Source: Candidatus Omnitrophota bacterium (GTDB lineage: Bacteria; Omnitrophota; Gorgyraeia; Zapsychrales; JBAZNR01). Taken from it: 64,000 bases of DNA. Both the position numbers and the translations under genes were made by a program. Location: assembly GCA_041649175.1 (NCBI GenBank), contig JBAZNR010000002.1, positions 114,822 through 178,821 on the forward strand, written 5' to 3'. Within the stretch, counting starts at the first letter, position 1. Each line of letters begins with the position of its first letter. The notes under the pieces are model-generated. The model did not search any database, was not told the DNA's origin, and worked only from the letters and a program-made list of their open reading frames with translations. Below, piece after piece: positions 10,859-21,629 of the stretch.

Positions 10859-11926
10859 ATGCCAGGAAATTCCTTTGGTCAAGTTTTTAGAGTGATGACG
10901 TTCGGTGAAAGCCACGGCCCGGCGATCGGCGCTGTGGTGGATGGAGTTATTCCTCTTTTACCGCTTTCGGCAGCTGATATTCAAGTCGAACTTGACCGTC
11001 GACGTCCTGGGCAAAGCAATATCACAACTCAGCGTAAGGAAAGTGACACAGTTGAGATCCTTTCTGGGGTTTTTGAAGGAAAAACGACCGGCGCGCCGAT
11101 CGCTTTATTAATTCGCAATGAAGACGCGAAATCAAAAGATTATGAAAAATTTAAAGATGCTTTTCGCCCCGGCCATGCCGATTTTACCTATGATGCCAAG
11201 TTTGGTATTCGTGATTGGCGCGGCGGCGGACGTTCATCAGGAAGAGAAACGGCGGCGCGTGTTGCCGTGGGTGCCATTGCGAAAAAGATCCTTCTGGAAA
11301 AAAATATCAAAGTCATTGCTTATACGCTGGCCGTTGGCGATATTTATGCGAAAAAAATTGATCTGAGCATCATTGAATCAAACGCGGTTCGCTGTCCGGA
11401 TGCGGGGCAAGCCGAAGCCATGATCCAAAAAATACAGGAAGTCCGCAAAAATGGAGATTCTATCGGCGGCATTGTGGAAGCTGTTGTGCGGGGGTGTCCG
11501 CCGGGACTCGGCGATCCGGTTTTCGATAAGCTTAACGCGAAACTTGCGGCGGCGGTTATGTCAATTGGAACTATTCGCGGTGTTGAATTCGGTTCGGGAT
11601 TTGCCAGCGCTAAAATGAATGGTTCCGAATCTAATGATGTTTTCTTTGTTCAAGACGGGCAAATTAAAACCAAAACAAATCATGCCGGAGGGATCTTAGG
11701 CGGAATATCTACCGGAGCAGATATTGTTTTGCGTGTCGCGGTTAAGCCTCCGTCATCTATTTCCATAAAGCAGCAAACGGTAACAAAAGCAAAAGAAAAT
11801 GTTGAAATTCAGGTGACCGGGCGCCATGATCCGTGCATTTGTCCGCGCGTTGTTCCGGTTGTTGAAGCCATGGTCGCCATGACACTGGTCGACTGCCTGA
11901 TGCTTCAGGGAATAATTAAGCGTTAA
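10859..11926 (+). CDS. aroC: chorismate synthase
   Basis: The 355-aa ORF starts with the AroC hallmark N-terminus GNSFGQVFRVMTFGESHGPAIG and has the GRHDPC motif. Confidence 0.9.
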   Translation: MPGNSFGQVFRVMTFGESHGPAIGAVVDGVIPLLPLSAADIQVELDRRRPGQSNITTQRKESDTVEILSGVFEGKTTGAPIALLIRNEDAKSKDYEKFKDAFRPGHADFTYDAKFGIRDWRGGGRSSGRETAARVAVGAIAKKILLEKNIKVIAYTLAVGDIYAKKIDLSIIESNAVRCPDAGQAEAMIQKIQEVRKNGDSIGGIVEAVVRGCPPGLGDPVFDKLNAKLAAAVMSIGTIRGVEFGSGFASAKMNGSESNDVFFVQDGQIKTKTNHAGGILGGISTGADIVLRVAVKPPSSISIKQQTVTKAKENVEIQVTGRHDPCICPRVVPVVEAMVAMTLVDCLMLQGIIKR

Positions 11927-11959
11927 GAAGTCTCTCATCTATTCCTCCGACTAACCCGC

Positions 11960-12847
11960 ATGAATCCATCAGAAAATAAAAAAGTTATTCTCATTACCGG
12001 ATGCTCCAGTGGTTTTGGGCTTCTAACCGCGGCGCGCTTGTCTGGCTTAGGCCACCATGTTTTTGCCACGATGCGAAATCTCCAAAAGAAAGACGCCTTG
12101 CTCGCCGAAGTAAAGAAACGCGGCGGCACGGTCAATCTTTTGGAACTCGATGTTAATAATGTGAAAACTATTGAAATTGTCGTTCAGAAAATCGAAAAAG
12201 AATTCGGGCGAATTGATGTCTTGGTCAATAATGCTGGTTTTGGCGTCGGGGGTTTTTTTGAGGACTTAAGTGAAACAGATATCCGTCAGCAAATGGATAC
12301 GAATTTTTTCGGCGTACAAAGCGTAACTCGGGCGGTCATTCCGCTGATGAGAAAGAATCACTCTGGAAAGATCATTAATCTCTCTAGCATTGCCGGGCTT
12401 TATGCCTTACCGGCGTTTAGTGCTTACAATGCTAGCAAATGGGCGGTGGAAGGATTCTCGGAAAGTTTGTTGTACGAATTAAAACCGTTTGGCATTTCAG
12501 TTTGCTTGATCGAGCCGGGAACTTACCGGACAACCATTTTCTTTGAAAATAGGCGTTGCGCGAAGGATTTTGATAATCCCAAAAGCCCATATTATGGATC
12601 ATCTCAAGCATTAAAGAAACGTGTTGATCAATTTGTGGCTAACGACAAGAAAGATCCTGAAGATATTGCGATCTTAATTGAGAAGCTCATCAACTCGCCG
12701 CGTCCGCCGTTTCGAAACATCCCGGATCGCCGCAGTAAGATTTTGTATTTTCTGCGCCGATTCCTGCCTTTTGGCCTTTTTAGTTTTATATTGTATACGT
12801 TATTATTTTTTGGAACTTCAAAGAAGGCAAGCGGTCAAACGAGTTAA
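11960..12847 (+). CDS. short-chain dehydrogenase/reductase (SDR) family oxidoreductase
   Basis: It has TGCSSGFG (the Gly-rich NAD(P) motif), NNAG, and the catalytic YNASK (YxxxK). The C-terminal tail is hydrophobic. Confidence 0.8.
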   Translation: MNPSENKKVILITGCSSGFGLLTAARLSGLGHHVFATMRNLQKKDALLAEVKKRGGTVNLLELDVNNVKTIEIVVQKIEKEFGRIDVLVNNAGFGVGGFFEDLSETDIRQQMDTNFFGVQSVTRAVIPLMRKNHSGKIINLSSIAGLYALPAFSAYNASKWAVEGFSESLLYELKPFGISVCLIEPGTYRTTIFFENRRCAKDFDNPKSPYYGSSQALKKRVDQFVANDKKDPEDIAILIEKLINSPRPPFRNIPDRRSKILYFLRRFLPFGLFSFILYTLLFFGTSKKASGQTS

Positions 12848-13557
12848 AATCCTATCCCCATTCTTTCCGTTAAGAATTCTTCGAGGCTTTTACACTGCAG
12901 GTAAGCATTGGTTTTCTTCAAGGTTTTTAATGGCGCGAAAGGAAAACGTCCATAATCATGTCCGGGGTAAACAATTGTTTCTTCGGGAAGTTTTAAGATC
13001 ACTTCATGGAGGGAATGATACATGGCCTTTGGGTCGCTTCCGGGAAGGTCACAGCGCCCGCATCCGTCGATAAAAAGCGTATCGCCGGCAATCAAAATAT
13101 TTTCGGATAAGAAACATTGGCACCCCGAACTGTGTCCGGGCGTATGCAGGCAAAGCCACTCAATGTTTCCGGTTTTTAATTTTTCATTGGGTTTGATATG
13201 CTTGATGTTTTTGTGTTTTGGCATAAAAAGAGCGGCTTCATGTTGAGATATATAAACCGGGACGTCATGTTTGCTTAAAAACTTATCTAGTCCGTTGACG
13301 TGGTCAGGATGTCCGTGTGTGAGAAAAACAGATGTAACTTTAAGATCTTGCTCAGCTGCTTTCTTTATCAAAAAGGGAACATCCCATGCTGGGTCAACCA
13401 GGGCGACTTCTCGGGTTTTTGCATCGCCGATAAAGTAAAGAAAATTTTCCATCGGGCCCAGCGGCATTTGCGTTACAATAATGTTTGATTTTTCAGGCAT
13501 AAGTTTTTCCTTTGATGCGCATTCATTATATTTTCTCTTCAAGGAAGACGCAAACAA
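12844..13557 (-). CDS. MBL-fold metallo-hydrolase (glyoxalase II-like)
   Basis: The 237-aa ORF has the THGHPDH metal-binding motif. Its size and layout fit hydroxyacylglutathione-hydrolase-like enzymes. Confidence 0.7.
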   Translation of the reverse strand: MFASSLKRKYNECASKEKLMPEKSNIIVTQMPLGPMENFLYFIGDAKTREVALVDPAWDVPFLIKKAAEQDLKVTSVFLTHGHPDHVNGLDKFLSKHDVPVYISQHEAALFMPKHKNIKHIKPNEKLKTGNIEWLCLHTPGHSSGCQCFLSENILIAGDTLFIDGCGRCDLPGSDPKAMYHSLHEVILKLPEETIVYPGHDYGRFPFAPLKTLKKTNAYLQCKSLEEFLTERMGIGF

Positions 13558-13648
13558 AAATTAACTTTCCTTTAAAGCCTTGACATCTCAAGGTCGGTAC
13601 GTATAATAAAGTTGCAAAACAACTTATTTAAATGGAGGTTTAGTAAAA

Positions 13649-14203
13649 ATGGCTTTACTTGAATCTGTCCACATCCCCTTAGGCACAAAAATGCCGGAAT
13701 TTACCATTAAAGACCCCAACGGAAAAAGTTTTAAAGGCGCCGAGCTTTACGGAAAACGAGGATTGCTGATTGCTTTTACCTGTAATCATTGTCCTTATGC
13801 CTTGGCGGTTTGGCCGCGGCTTATCCGTCTGGCGCGCTATGCCCAGAAAGCCGGGATCAACGCGGTGGCTGTTAATCCAAACATAAATCCCGATTATCCC
13901 GAAGATGCCCCCGCTAAAATGATCGACAAGATCAAAGAGTGGGGCATTGATTTTCCGTATTTAGTCGACGAGACGCAAAAAGTTGCCGATGCGTTCAAAG
14001 CCCAGTGCACGCCGGATATTTACCTTTTTAACGGTGAGTATCAATTGGTCTATCACGGACGCATTGACGATAATTGGCAAGACGAAACAAAAGTGACACG
14101 TGAAGAGCTTAAAGAAGCGATCAATTGTTTAGCGAGCGGAAAACCAATGGTAACGGATCAAAAACCATCCATGGGCTGCTCGATCAAATGGAGACAAAAA
14201 TAA
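13649..14203 (+). CDS. thioredoxin-fold redoxin (TlpA/peroxiredoxin-like, CxxC)
   Basis: The 184-aa ORF has a CNHCPY active-site-like motif in a thioredoxin-fold context. Confidence 0.55.
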   Translation: MALLESVHIPLGTKMPEFTIKDPNGKSFKGAELYGKRGLLIAFTCNHCPYALAVWPRLIRLARYAQKAGINAVAVNPNINPDYPEDAPAKMIDKIKEWGIDFPYLVDETQKVADAFKAQCTPDIYLFNGEYQLVYHGRIDDNWQDETKVTREELKEAINCLASGKPMVTDQKPSMGCSIKWRQK

Positions 14204-14210
14204 ATTTCTA

Positions 14211-15554
14211 ATGAATACCGCTAAAGCTAAACCCGCTTGGCGCCGGGAAGCCAAGATGCCAAGCCTTCCGGAAGTTTTTTCGTCCATTCCGATCGCGACC
14301 AACGCTAGTATTTTTCGTAAAATGCTGGCTTTTTCCGGGCCCGGGCTTATGGTGGCTGTCGGATATATGGATCCCGGAAATTGGGCAACGGACTTGGCTG
14401 GTGGCGCGCGTTTTGGATATACGCTTCTGTCGGTCATCCTCATCTCTAATATTATGGCCATTTTGCTTCAACATTTGGCCTTAAAACTTGGAATTGTAAC
14501 GGGGCGCGACCTTGCTCAGGCCTGCCGAGATCATTTTTCCAAACCCGTTGCAATGTTCTTATGGGTTCTATGTGAAATTGCCATTGCCGCATGTGATTTG
14601 GCAGAAGTCATTGGCTCAGCCATCGCTTTAAATCTGCTTTTTGGAATTCCTCTTGTCGTGGGTGTTATCTTAACAGCTTGCGATGTCATGATCGTTCTAC
14701 TTTTGCAAAGTAAAGGTTTCCGTATTTTGGAATGTTTGGTAGCCGGCTTGATCTTTATGATCGGCGGATGTTTTGCCTATGAGCTTGCTGTCTCACACCC
14801 GTCCTTGCCCTTGATCTTTCAAAACCTTTTGCCGAAACCGGAAATCGTGATGAATCCCGAAATGCTTTATATCGCCATTGGTATTTTGGGCGCGACAGTC
14901 ATGCCGCATAATCTCTATTTGCATTCCAGCATTGTGCAGACCAGGGCTTTTGAGCGCAATGATGCGGGGCGCAAGATGGCGATCAAATATGCGACGATTG
15001 ACTCTACCACAGCTCTTTTGTTCGCGTTTTTTATTAATGCGGCTATTTTAATTGTAAGCGCGGCGGCTTTTCATGGAACGCCGCACGAAAACGTTGCCGA
15101 TATTAACGATGCGCATCGTCTCTTATCGCCGGTTTTGGGTGCGCCATTGGCTAGCGTTGCTTTTGCCGTTGCTCTTTTGGCATCCGGACAAAATTCAACA
15201 TTAACCGGAACTTTGGCCGGGCAGATCGTTATGGAAGGCTTTCTTGAGATCCGTTTGCGGCCGTGGATGCGCCGGCTCATAACGAGACTTGTGGCGATCG
15301 TTCCGGCTGTCATTGTGGCGGGGATGTTCGGCGAAAAAGGTGTTGGCGACCTGCTTATTTTAAGCCAGGTTGTTTTGTCGCTGCAGTTAAGCTTTGCGGT
15401 TGTTCCGCTGGTTTGGTTTACCAGTGACCGCGCAAAGATGGGAAAATTTACGAATGCCTTATGGTTAAAAATAATTTGTTGGACCATTGCTGTTATTATT
15501 GGCGGGCTAAATCTCTATCTTCTCTATCAAACCGTTTACGGATGGTTTGTATAA
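14211..15554 (+). CDS. mntH: Nramp-family divalent metal (Mn2+/Fe2+) transporter
   Basis: The 447-aa ORF has about 11 TM segments. The Nramp consensus region GPGLMVAVGYMDPGNWATDLAGGA and the MPHNLYLHSS motif are present. Confidence 0.85.
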   Translation: MNTAKAKPAWRREAKMPSLPEVFSSIPIATNASIFRKMLAFSGPGLMVAVGYMDPGNWATDLAGGARFGYTLLSVILISNIMAILLQHLALKLGIVTGRDLAQACRDHFSKPVAMFLWVLCEIAIAACDLAEVIGSAIALNLLFGIPLVVGVILTACDVMIVLLLQSKGFRILECLVAGLIFMIGGCFAYELAVSHPSLPLIFQNLLPKPEIVMNPEMLYIAIGILGATVMPHNLYLHSSIVQTRAFERNDAGRKMAIKYATIDSTTALLFAFFINAAILIVSAAAFHGTPHENVADINDAHRLLSPVLGAPLASVAFAVALLASGQNSTLTGTLAGQIVMEGFLEIRLRPWMRRLITRLVAIVPAVIVAGMFGEKGVGDLLILSQVVLSLQLSFAVVPLVWFTSDRAKMGKFTNALWLKIICWTIAVIIGGLNLYLLYQTVYGWFV

Positions 15555-15570
15555 AAAACTGAGGTGACTT

Positions 15571-15999
15571 ATGTATAAAAAAATTCTTATCCCCTTGGAT
15601 CATACGGACAGCGACAAAACCATCCTTGAACATATTCGCCCTCTCGCTCGGACATTTGGCGCCGAGTTAATTTTGATCCATGTTGCCGATGGTTATGCGG
15701 CGCGCCTTCAGGATACGCTCAACTTGCAGGATTCGGAAGAAATTAAATCGGATAAGCGCTATCTGGAGAAGCAAAGAGATGTCCTTATCAGCGAAGGATT
15801 CAAGGCGCAGGCTCATCTATTCAAAGGAGAGCCAGCCGATGAGATCTTAGCTGTCGTGAAAAAAGAGCAGTGTGATTTGATCGCCATGTCCACCCATGGG
15901 CATCGATTTTTGAAAGATATTCTTTTTGGAAGTGTTGCTGAGAATATTCGGCATCGGACGGATGTTCCGGTTCTAATGATCCGCGCGAAGCATCGCTAA
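15571..15999 (+). CDS. universal stress protein (UspA family)
   Basis: The 142-aa ORF has the Usp pattern: ILIPLD near the N-terminus, LILIHV, and the ATP-binding G-x2-G-x9-G-S region (HGHRFLKDILFGSVAENI). Confidence 0.8.
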   Translation: MYKKILIPLDHTDSDKTILEHIRPLARTFGAELILIHVADGYAARLQDTLNLQDSEEIKSDKRYLEKQRDVLISEGFKAQAHLFKGEPADEILAVVKKEQCDLIAMSTHGHRFLKDILFGSVAENIRHRTDVPVLMIRAKHR

Positions 16000-16061
16000 T
16001 CCCTTGACTTGAGTTTTTTTGTGTGTTATATCAAAATGTCTTTTTAAGAACAGGCGACCCT

Positions 16062-16418
16062 ATGACGACGGATATTAAATCAAATTCATCTGATAGAATC
16101 GTAATTTTGACCGACGCGGCCGTTATTAAAATAAGATCCATGATGGAAAAAGACGGCAAGCAAGGTTATGGGCTGCGCTTTGGCGTTGTGACCGGCGGTT
16201 GCGCGGGGCTTTCCTATGAAATGAGCTTCCAGAAAAATCATTACGATAATGACAGCGTTGTTGAGGCGGGCGATATTAAGATCTTTGTGAATAAAGAAAG
16301 TGTTCCGTTCATTCAAGGAACAAAGATCGACTTTGTAGATACCCTTAAAGAAAGCGGATTTAAATATTACAATCCTAACGCGAAAAGTAGCTGCGGTTGC
16401 GGCACTTCCTTTAGCTAA
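16062..16418 (+). CDS. iscA: HesB/IscA-family Fe-S cluster insertion (A-type carrier) protein
   Basis: The C-terminus ends in the A-type carrier signature SCGCGTSFS. There is an internal Cys in VVTGGCAGLSYEM. The internal Met start gives a ~118-aa product, typical for this family. Confidence 0.8.
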   Translation: MTTDIKSNSSDRIVILTDAAVIKIRSMMEKDGKQGYGLRFGVVTGGCAGLSYEMSFQKNHYDNDSVVEAGDIKIFVNKESVPFIQGTKIDFVDTLKESGFKYYNPNAKSSCGCGTSFS

Positions 16419-18245
<1,827 letters not shown>

Positions 18246-18278
18246 AATTTAAAGTTAAGCTGGAAATTTGGGAGAAAT

Positions 18279-18317
18279 AGAGAAGCGCCCGCCAAGAATC
18301 TTGGCGGGCGCTTCTCT
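18279..18317. terminator. bidirectional rho-independent terminator (perfect 17-18 bp GC-rich stem)
   Basis: AGAGAAGCGCCCGCCAAG - AATC - TTGGCGGGCGCTTCTCT, followed by TATTATT. It sits between convergent thiC (+) and the 610-aa gene (-). Confidence 0.65.
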
Positions 18318-18338
18318 TATTATTGTTATCTTGCTGAA

Positions 18339-20171
18339 TTATGCGGCCGGAATAAAAGCGGAGTGGCCGGAAAAAACTTCGGTGTATTTCGCGATCAGAT
18401 TCTCTAAATCCTTGTAGAGCGCTTCAAGTTCTTCGAGCATTTTGGTTCTGAACTTTTCCGCTTCACCGCACATCTTTGGAAAAAGTTCCCGGTAATAATT
18501 GATGCCCTTGATCAAATTCGCTCTAAATTCCAATAAGTATTCGATCTGCTTTTCGGTCGGTTTAGGTAAGAACTTTTTAATTTCACCTTCAAAGAATTTA
18601 ATATTGATCTGTAATTCTTTAATGAACATATGCGGGCGATAGGTTGAATTTAAGAAATTCGCTCGTCCGTAAATATGACTGACCATATCGGCTAAAGTCA
18701 TGATCTTGGAGAAATAGGCAATGTTCGGCCCGGGGCAAACGGCCGGAAAAAGTTTTCGCCGGACGGCAATGCTATTCTTTAAAAGAGCGCCTTCGCCCAG
18801 GTCATTACAGATACACGCTTTTTTTGTGACCTGGTCATAAATTCTTTGGAAAGTCGTGCTTTCTAAATTCAGCGTTCGCAGATGATCGATCTTGAATTTT
18901 TGGTAAAGCCGCGATGCTGTGCAAATCGGTAAAGGCGTAAATTCGGTATTGGAAACCAGATGTCCCTTAGGGCAGCTGCTTCCGGGGCGCCCTTTTTCGT
19001 TACGCTGATCTTTTTCGGCATCGCTTAAAGAACCACGCAGGTTATTGAACGGAACGCCCAAAGGTGAAACTTCGCTGGTATAAATGTCATTTTCGCCCGC
19101 GTTGGCAAGTTTTTGAAGTGTTTCTTCATCGACATTGGTTGCTTCCGGAACTAAAAGAAAAGGCGAGCCCCAGCCGGTGGAATCAATTTGATAATTCTCG
19201 CGGACAAATTTATCTTCGGTTGCCGTCCCGATGCCGCCTTGTGCTGTGATGCGCACCGGATGCGGCTTAGGGAAACTAATTTTATTTTTAAGCTTTAAAG
19301 CCTGATCATACATATCGTGAAGAGTTGTGATCAGTTCCTGCCTTTTTACCTTGAATTCTTCCATAATGGGCCCCATCAGCTCGCCGGCCGCCGGAAAAAC
19401 GTGCCCGCCGCAATTTAAACCGGACTCAATGCGGTATTCGGAAACCCATAAGCCTTTTTTGGCGAAGAATTTTCCCTGAGTTAAGGCAGAGCGAAAATCG
19501 CTTACTTTAAGGACAATTTTCTTCTTGATCTCACCGGCCGCATCGGCATAAAAATCTTTAAAATTTTCCGCGTAGGTGTAAAGCCGGCGGTTAATTCCGG
19601 CCGAAAAAACAATAGCAGAATCAAGCGTGCTCATGGCGTATCCGCGCAGCGCCGACAAAGCATCAGAAAATTCAACGGGAAGTTCTTTTTCGTTTTTGTC
19701 AAAATTGATCCGGTCAACCTTGGTCATGATGTTGACATTGATCTTTCCGGTGGTAATTTCACTGCGAAGCTCATTTTGAAGCGTAAGCTTTAACTTTGGA
19801 TTGACTTCCTGAAGCATTTTTCCATATTTTGCTTTTAAAGGAGCGCTGTCAGGAAGAAGCTCGAAGTATTTGGTGATTTCGGTCCCGGGTTCAAAGGCGG
19901 ATGCCTTTAATTCTTCAAATTGTTTTTTAACGATACGGTCGATCAGGTTTAAATATGCGGTAATGCGGCGCGCGCGGTAATCTTCCTCGTCTTTGGCGAT
20001 GGGGATATACGGCTCTTTTAAAAGCGTGCAGTAATATTCCCGCATCTGCTCAATGAGAGTGTCATCAACCAGGGAAATGACCGAGGAGATTCCGTACCTT
20101 GCTACTTTAACGGGGGTGTCAATGGAAAATCCCGTCCCCATGACAGGGATATGGAAAGTGTGTTGGCTCAT
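18339..20171 (-). CDS. conserved hypothetical protein, 610 aa (possible FMN-type TIM-barrel-like central region)
   Basis: This is a long, uninterrupted, non-low-complexity ORF. The N-terminus (HIPVMGTGFSIDTPVKVARYGISSV) and the central motifs ESGLNCGGHVF and AQGGIGTATED are vaguely reminiscent of NPD/glutamate-synthase-domain-2 FMN barrels. I recognise no family. Confidence 0.45.
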   Translation of the reverse strand: MSQHTFHIPVMGTGFSIDTPVKVARYGISSVISLVDDTLIEQMREYYCTLLKEPYIPIAKDEEDYRARRITAYLNLIDRIVKKQFEELKASAFEPGTEITKYFELLPDSAPLKAKYGKMLQEVNPKLKLTLQNELRSEITTGKINVNIMTKVDRINFDKNEKELPVEFSDALSALRGYAMSTLDSAIVFSAGINRRLYTYAENFKDFYADAAGEIKKKIVLKVSDFRSALTQGKFFAKKGLWVSEYRIESGLNCGGHVFPAAGELMGPIMEEFKVKRQELITTLHDMYDQALKLKNKISFPKPHPVRITAQGGIGTATEDKFVRENYQIDSTGWGSPFLLVPEATNVDEETLQKLANAGENDIYTSEVSPLGVPFNNLRGSLSDAEKDQRNEKGRPGSSCPKGHLVSNTEFTPLPICTASRLYQKFKIDHLRTLNLESTTFQRIYDQVTKKACICNDLGEGALLKNSIAVRRKLFPAVCPGPNIAYFSKIMTLADMVSHIYGRANFLNSTYRPHMFIKELQINIKFFEGEIKKFLPKPTEKQIEYLLEFRANLIKGINYYRELFPKMCGEAEKFRTKMLEELEALYKDLENLIAKYTEVFSGHSAFIPAA

Positions 20172-20415
20172 TTTATATATACGCGCGTTTTAGGCCTCGC
20201 GCGATAAGGGGCACTTTTCTGGGTGTATTATATACGAACAATGCCGTTTTCCAAAGGAATATATTTCGCATCAGCGGTTCTTTTAGAAACTCTTTGGAGG
20301 TTTCCGGCGCTTCTTAGATCATTAAAAGATTGCTTTATTAAAAGTTCTATACTAAAATACCCCCCAATTGTACTGGATGAAATGTTTTCCTCAAAGCGAA
20401 ATTTGGAATAATTTT

Positions 20416-21519
20416 ATGGATAGAACGTTTTACGCAACACTGGCCCAAAAAAGCATAAGCGGCGAATCTCTTTCGCGTCAAACAGCCTTAGAAATATTGG
20501 AGTCGGGCGAGATAGAATTACTGCCGCTTTTGGATGCCGCCTTTGAAGTGCGCAAGAAATTCACCGGAAAAGAAGTCAAGATCCATATTATCAATAACGC
20601 GCAAAACGGCGCGTGCCCTGAAGACTGCCACTACTGCGCCCAATCAAAAAATTCCAAAGCCCCCATTGAAAAATACCGCATTAAAAGCGACGAAGAGATC
20701 TTAGCCGAAGCCAAAGAAGCGTATGAGTCCGGCGCCTACCGTTATTGCATGGTTTTTGCCGGACGCGGGCCCTCAGATGCGCGCATCGAGCATCTGTCAC
20801 GACTGATCCGCGAGATTAAATCAAAATATCCCGTTCAGGTTTGCGTTTCCGCGGGACTTTTGGATTCCCAGGATAAAGCTCAAAAACTAAAAGATGCCGG
20901 CCTCGACCGACTCAATCATAATTTAAATACTTCCGAAGATAATTATGCGAATGTTTGCTCAACGCATACCTTCGATGATCGCCTGAATACTTTAAAACTC
21001 GCGCAGAATGTGGGCTTAGAAATTTGTTCGGGCGTGATCGTCGGGATGGGTGAACAGCGCAAAGATATTGTTGACCTGGCGTTTAAATTTCGCGAACTTA
21101 ATGCGCCGTCTATTCCGGTCAACTTTTTGATTCCCATCGACGGAAATATTTTAACGGCAAAAAATGCCTTAACGCCTGAGTATTGTTTGCGTGTCTTATG
21201 CCTCTTTCGTTTTTTAAATCCAAAAGCAGAAGTGCGCGTTGCCGCCGGTCGGGAAGGGCATTTACGAAGCATGGAAGTGATGTCGCTTTATCCGGCAAAC
21301 TCTTTATTTATGGATGGATATTTGAACACCAAAGGCTCAAGGCGTACCAAGACGTTACGGATGATCAAAGACGCCGGATTTACCATTAATTCCACCCGCC
21401 AGCTCGAGGAACTTTTAAAACAAGAATCCGCATCAGAAGAAGACTTTATCGTCGAGGATCAGCAGGCTATTTTAAAAGATCTAAACGACCTAAGGCCGCT
21501 TTTACCCGCTAAAAAATAG
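20416..21519 (+). CDS. bioB: biotin synthase
   Basis: It has the radical SAM motif CPEDCHYCAQS and the BioB pattern (YRYCMVFAGRGP, CVSAGLLD, NHNLNTSE). The start is moved to MDRTFYATLAQ. The ~35-aa C-terminal extension is longer than typical BioB. Confidence 0.85.
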   Translation: MDRTFYATLAQKSISGESLSRQTALEILESGEIELLPLLDAAFEVRKKFTGKEVKIHIINNAQNGACPEDCHYCAQSKNSKAPIEKYRIKSDEEILAEAKEAYESGAYRYCMVFAGRGPSDARIEHLSRLIREIKSKYPVQVCVSAGLLDSQDKAQKLKDAGLDRLNHNLNTSEDNYANVCSTHTFDDRLNTLKLAQNVGLEICSGVIVGMGEQRKDIVDLAFKFRELNAPSIPVNFLIPIDGNILTAKNALTPEYCLRVLCLFRFLNPKAEVRVAAGREGHLRSMEVMSLYPANSLFMDGYLNTKGSRRTKTLRMIKDAGFTINSTRQLEELLKQESASEEDFIVEDQQAILKDLNDLRPLLPAKK

Positions 21520-21629
21520 CCGATCTTTTTCCGCACGAAAGTTATGATTTTTATTGCCAAAGTTAAGCAAAATGTTATAGTAAGCCCTAGCCTGCAGTAT
21601 CCAAATTTACGAGAAGGAAAAGGACATTC

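Noticed and set aside
20172-20415. BirA operator (bioO) in the divergent region between the 610-aa gene and bioB
   Set aside because: Only a weak GAAAC...GTTTC pair with non-complementary interior was found. There is no convincing 40-bp bio operator palindrome.
20416-21519. BioB C-terminal ~35-aa extension (…EDFIVEDQQAILKDLNDLRPLLPAKK) as a separate feature
   Set aside because: It could simply be lineage-specific tail variation. Without alignment I cannot say it is unusual enough to flag.
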